The position numbers were made by a program, and so were the translations under genes. DNA of 64,000 nt from the human T2T-CHM13v2.0 reference genome, Homo sapiens: NCBI RefSeq assembly GCF_009914755.1, contig NC_060928.1, one strand, 5' to 3'. Of the stretch, positions 58,131-64,000 are shown one piece after another. The notes below the pieces were generated by a model. It was not told the origin of the DNA, ran no database searches, and saw only the letters and a list, made by a program, of their open reading frames with translations. Position 1 is the stretch's first letter; every line of letters starts with the position of its first letter.

Positions 58131-58414
58131 TTTTAATTTTTCTTTTCTTTTCTTTTTTTTTTTTTGAGACAGAGTCTTGCTCTGTTGCCCAGGCTGGACA
58201 TAATCTCGGCTCACTGCAGCCTCCATTTCCCAGGTTCAAGCAATTCTCCTGCCTCAGCCTCCCGCCACGACACCTGGCTAATTTTTGTATTTTTAGTAGA
58301 GACAGGGTTTCACTGTGTTGGCCAGGCTGATCTTGAACTCCTGGCCTCAAGCGATCTACCCGCCTCGGCCTCCCAAAGTGCTGGGATTACCAGCGTGAGC
58401 CACTGCGCCTGGCT
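58131..58414 (-). mobile_element. AluS with two internal deletions, adjacent to a MIR (~57990-58120)
   Basis: Lacks gagtgcagtgg and gtagctgggattacagg segments; TSD gcttgtgcctttt (58122, 58416). Confidence 0.88.
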
Positions 58415-59083
58415 GGCTTGTGCCTTTTTATTACAGAGCTTTTCAAACTTCTGCAGTGAAGGACTATTTTTTTTTTTTGTTTTGCTTTTGTTTTTTAAAT
58501 TTCCAATCCGCTGTAATACAGGGCTGACTGCACAGGATCAGCATGCTGCTTGCATCACATGCACCTCGCCCAGGCCAGTTGGCCAACACCTAAACAGATT
58601 TACATCTTGCTCAGCAAGATGAGTCCTGCCATCACATGGCTTGGATGTGGTGGCGATGGCCAGACTGCTGTAAATGTGGATTATCAATCCTGTAATGTAC
58701 AATGCCATGGACCAGCAGTGATCAATTCACAGATCATGCTTGAAATAATGCTGCTTTGGTTTAAGGGTGAGGGGAGCATCTGTCAGGGAAAAGCCAGACT
58801 CCTTTGACTAAAGAGAAGCATTGGGAGTGCAGTTGGGAGGCTAGGAATAGAATATGTGGAAGATGTACCCTTCAGCGTGCAGATGGTGTGGTTTTCTTAT
58901 TCTCTCCAGGACAAACTTGAATTCCAGCAAGTCATGTTCTGATTCAGTACATGCAGATTTTTGTTCTGAAGTCAGATGGGGACATAATTGCAGTGTCCAC
59001 TATAGGAAAAACACCAAGTGATTTCTAATACCTACAACAAGCACAATTTGCCTGGTAGAAAGGGGCTCAAAAAGGGGAGGGCA

Positions 59084-59372
59084 GGCCAGCGCCGTGGCTC
59101 ATGCCTGTAATCCCACTTTGGAAGGCCAAGGTGCATGGATCGCTTGAGCCCAGGAGTTTGAGACCAGCCTGGGCAACATGGTGAAACCCCCATCTCTATA
59201 AAAAATACAGGAATTAGCTGGGTGTGGTGGTGTGTGCCTGTTGTCCCAGCTCAGGAAGCTGAAGTTGGAGGATTGTGTGAGCCCTGGAGGTCAAGGCTGC
59301 AGTGAGTTGTGATTGTGCCATTGCACTGCAGCCTGGATGACAGAGCAAGACCCTGTCTCATTAAAAAAAAAA
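59084..59372 (+). mobile_element. AluJ
   Basis: gaggtcaaggctgcagtgag diagnostic. Confidence 0.9.
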
Positions 59373-59398
59373 GAATTAAAAAATTTCTTAAAAAAGTG

Positions 59399-59741
<343 letters not shown>

Positions 59742-60279
59742 TTATTAATTCACTTGGTGATTTGTTCTGCTTCCTTACTGAACATCTCCTGTACACTAGG
59801 CATTTTGCTTGATGCTTCATGATTAAGGTAGTATTCCTATACTGTGTAATTTACAGCTGCTGGAGGAAAGGAAGAAGTAACAAGAAGACATTTTAAAAAT
59901 TATTAAATAAACTTGAGCATTAATTTTATTAGTTTCCCCTCTATAATTAACAAGTTTAACAAAAATACTGTTTAATGCTTAGTTATATCTTTTCTAGGTG
60001 ATTAAATAGGGTCTTTGTAGTAATTTTATTTTTAAGGGCTTTAATCAGGAAACTAGTATCTAACTAAAACAATGTTTCTATGAGAAAATCACATTCTACA
60101 GAAATATTTTTGACTTCAATGCTTTCCTCAAGAATAAAACCTGTCAGAAGTGTGAATACTGCCTGTACTTAGCAGAGCAATTTGTTATGTGAACCAGTAT
60201 TGGTAAATGTCCCCAAATGGTACCATTGGGTTTCTTTGGCCTGAGATATTATAATAAGCTGGAATTTTATGTTCTATAA

Positions 60280-60630
<351 letters not shown>

Positions 60631-61810
60631 TAGCAGACCTATTTCTATGGTGACTAAATATAACAGAAATTAATGATGTTCTCAAAAGCTTTTAAAATGA
60701 TACTGAATATGAATATGTGGCAGAATAAGAAGTTTGGTCTTAAGTCTTTGATTCTGATTGTTCACAGATTCTTTTCCTTCATGTTTGATTTTACTTCTGT
60801 TTCATGGTATGGAGATCTCTTTCCCTTGGTATTGCATGTGTAGGTATGAATGACATGAACCCCTCTTCCCAACACTTTGCTGTGACAAGTCAAAAATGCC
60901 ATGTATTGCTAGGGATTTTTAATTCAGCTTCTGTCTTGAGTAGAAATGAATTTACTAGAAGAAGATGTAGAAATCTTAGTTTTATAGTAATCAATGAAAA
61001 ATGAAATTTGCTTATATTTCAATGAAAAATGAAAACCAAACAGCTTCTTTATAATTTAAATCTATTAGCAATGTTTTAAGCAAAGATCTAATTAATGTAT
61101 TTTTAAAATTATTGCTATTTGTCTTAGTTCCCTTGGCCAATCCTCTTTCTTATTGTCCCATTTCTGAGTTTCTGTAAAGAAAGGCTTAAAAACTTAGGGC
61201 ATTCTCTCTCTTGAGTCGGTCATTTTTTTTTCACTTTGGTAAAGACACCATTGTGCCTTGGTTTTAATATGAGGAAAAATGAAGGTGGGAGTGGAATTTG
61301 CATTAAATATTTGGAATTTTTCTTCCTCCCCACCCTCAACGTCTAAAATATGCATGGGATTTGGAAAACAAATTAGAAACAGGATCTTTCACAGATATTT
61401 TAAAAATGCATTTCTAAATGGTGGGGAGTTGTGATTTCTGAATAGTGCCATTTCATTTAGGAGCTTAGGTTACAAAGTTGTGTCTAATACTCTTTTTCTT
61501 TTTCTTGGTTTTTATTTTAACTTCTTAAAGATTGAAAGTCTTTTTAAGAAGTTAATATGAAATATCTACTTTGCTAATATAAAGTAGTTTGCTAGTATAA
61601 ACTAATAATGGTATAAGCAATATTAATTTTATAGGTTTTTGCTGTCGTCGTTTGTTTTTGATGTGGGATATCTGCTAAGGAAATAGAGAGTAATTAGACT
61701 CAGAAATGATTTTGCTTCTTTGTCTCTCTCTGTCCCTAAACTCTTGGGTTAGTGGGAACATGGAGACCACAAAAGCTGTGATTCTTTCTCTTAGACATTA
61801 ATTTTAAAAT

Positions 61811-62117
61811 AGCCTGGGTGTGGTAGCTCATGCCTGTAATCCCAGCAATTTGGGAGGCCGAGGTGGGCAGATCAAGACCAGTCTGGGCAACATGGCGAAA
61901 CTGCATCTCTACAGAAAATACAAAAATTAGCCAGGTGTGGTGGTATGCACCTGTAGTTTCAGCTACTTGGGAGGCTGATGCGAGAGGATCACTTGAGCCT
62001 GGGAGGTTGAGGCTGCAGTGAGCCATGATTATGTTACTGCCTTCCAGCCTGGGCAACAGAGCCAGACCCTGTCTCAAAAATACATAAATAAAAATAAAAA
62101 TAAAAATAAATAAAAAA
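61811..62117 (+). mobile_element. AluJ with a left-arm deletion
   Basis: gcagatcaagacc junction lacks about 17 nt; (taaaaa)n tail. Confidence 0.88.
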
Positions 62118-62966
62118 GGACAGATAGACTGGAACAAACCATCAAAGATGCATTTTACGAAAAACACAAGTTTGGCCACTTAGCATCAGTGTCTATTCTT
62201 GCCCACTTTTGTATACATGCTTTGCATATTCCCAAGCACACACATGGCTCAAATATGTATTCATGGAGCAAATGGATGAAGGAATTAATTGGGTGTATAA
62301 CCAACTAGTTAACCAACTAGCTGATTTCATGATAGTTGAGAACTCATCTGTGTGGGTTACCATTGTGGGTTGAAATCACCTGCATTTTTCAAACAGGTAC
62401 TCTCTCTCCATTTTGGTTGACTGTGTTGACAAAGAAAAAGACTCTGTAACACTCAGAAATCTAAATATAGCTTCACACAGATGCACACTTGTTATAATGA
62501 TGCAGTATGGAAATTAACTATGGATTGAATTTTAATTATTTAAACTGCACACATCTCCTACCCCTTCCTCCCTCTATTGTATCACATGTAATTACATTAT
62601 TATACATCAGTCATTTAACCAGGGTAAACAATAATTGCTGGAAAACTAAGATTTTTAATATGAAGAAAGGAATTGCTAAGTAAATGAAAGGGAAACATAC
62701 AAATGTACTGTGTGATTCTTTTGTGTAGCTGTTTGTTTAGCAATTCAGGAAGTGACTTAAACTTTGCCTGCCAATATTAGATGCTAGATTTTTATCAAAG
62801 GAAAGGTCCTATCATTTTTCATGTGTGTTTAGTTAGAGATTTGTTTAAATGGAAACATAAGCTAGCAAGCAACAGTTTCACTTTTGGGGAATGATTTCCC
62901 TCATAAAAGCTTCATGTCTTATGCTCCAAGGTAAAGAGAAAAAAAAATCATATTGGATGTTTTTTT

Positions 62967-62971
<5 letters not shown>

Positions 62972-62997
<26 letters not shown>

Positions 62998-63053
62998 GAG
63001 ACGGAGTCTCGCTCTGTCGCCCAGGCCGGACTGCGGACTGCAGTGGCGCAATC
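62972..63053 (-). mobile_element. Severely 5'-truncated AluYb8/Yb9 (human-specific)
   Basis: cccaggccggactgcggactgcagtggcgcaatc is the Yb-diagnostic 7-nt duplication; ~26-nt pure T tail; perfect TSD tggatgttttttttcttt (62954-62971, 63054-63071). Confidence 0.95.
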
Positions 63054-64000
63054 TGGATGTTTTTTTTCTTTCTGCTCTGGGAAGTGCATCAAATGTAACC
63101 AACACAGTGAATTCAGACCACCTGTGAGATTCCAAATTGCTTTTCCTGAATCGTTGTTGAATTAAATAACAACATTTGATTATGGTACTTAAAGCAAATC
63201 AAGGAATATTCAGATGAATCAGTGGATAAACACATTTAATAGTAGTATGGACTTTGCTCTTATTGCAGATGGATTATTATCCAATGAAACCATTCTTCTT
63301 TCATGCTGTAAAGCTTTCCAGATTTCAGGAAGCCAGGGCAGCTGTATTTTTTTAAACCTTCACATGTGATCCAAAAGTACCATTTCCTAGGAGAAACGAA
63401 GATCTGTTAATTTACAGTATTTGTAAGCAATGGCTAAACTCTTTTCTGTAAACATCAGAAATACACCTGGTGAAGGAAAGCTCTTCTGCCAGATAAAATG
63501 GAATGTTCTCAGTTAACCAAGGGAGCAGCTCGGATGAGAGAGGCCCATGGAACAAGTGCTGCTGAGCATCTGATTCCAGCCTGTGAAGGATGTGAGGGAG
63601 TTTGCCTTCCCTCAGGGCTAGAGAACTATTCATATAAGCAACTCAGCAATTTCTGTCTATATTGCTGACTTTGTCTTGATGTCTTGAAGAATATGCTCAC
63701 TTAAAACTCGTAGACTCAAGGAAAGGCAAGCTGGCTAGATTTAAATAAAACTGAATCATAGAAGAGGCTACATCTGTCAGAGAAAACTCTGTAATCATGG
63801 ACAGTGCAGATATTCCTATCTGGATAGGTATTGTCCGTGGGACTGAAGATAGCTGAAATGTGTGCAAGAGATGGCTCAGAGATTGAAGAGTGCTTCCAAT
63901 TTCTGTGAGTCTGAATAGTTCTAAAGATGTAGAGACTCATTTGGTTTGAGTTTATGTTCTGGCAGGTATTCTTTGTATAAAAATTCTGTTTTTACTACTC

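Overview
This window is human (primate) non-coding genomic DNA, most likely the interior of a very large intron transcribed on the + strand. That orientation is inferred from apparent T>A/G>C skew and an antisense bias of Alu, L2 and MaLR elements. Two human-specific Alu subfamilies (AluYa5, AluYb8/9) fix the species. I found no credible protein-coding exon, tRNA, rRNA or CRISPR array; the ORF track consists of Alu, L1, microsatellite and random ORFs. Recognisable content: a decayed processed RPL12 pseudogene (~8.8-9.4 kb), about 32 Alu/FLAM elements, a 2.1-kb L1PA3-like insertion with a twin-priming 5' inversion, and many L1M, L2, MIR, MaLR/ERV LTR and MER DNA-transposon relics. The most interesting observations are an orphan TSD-flanked retro-insertion at 17.4-17.7 kb that looks like a 3' transduction, two probably dimorphic young Alus, a 36-bp VNTR that multiplies GATA motifs inside a solo LTR, and several motif-dense or CpG-retaining unique segments (candidate enhancers). 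I see no evidence of a new multi-gene biological system. Repeat subfamily names are from recalled consensus sequences and boundaries of old repeats are approximate.
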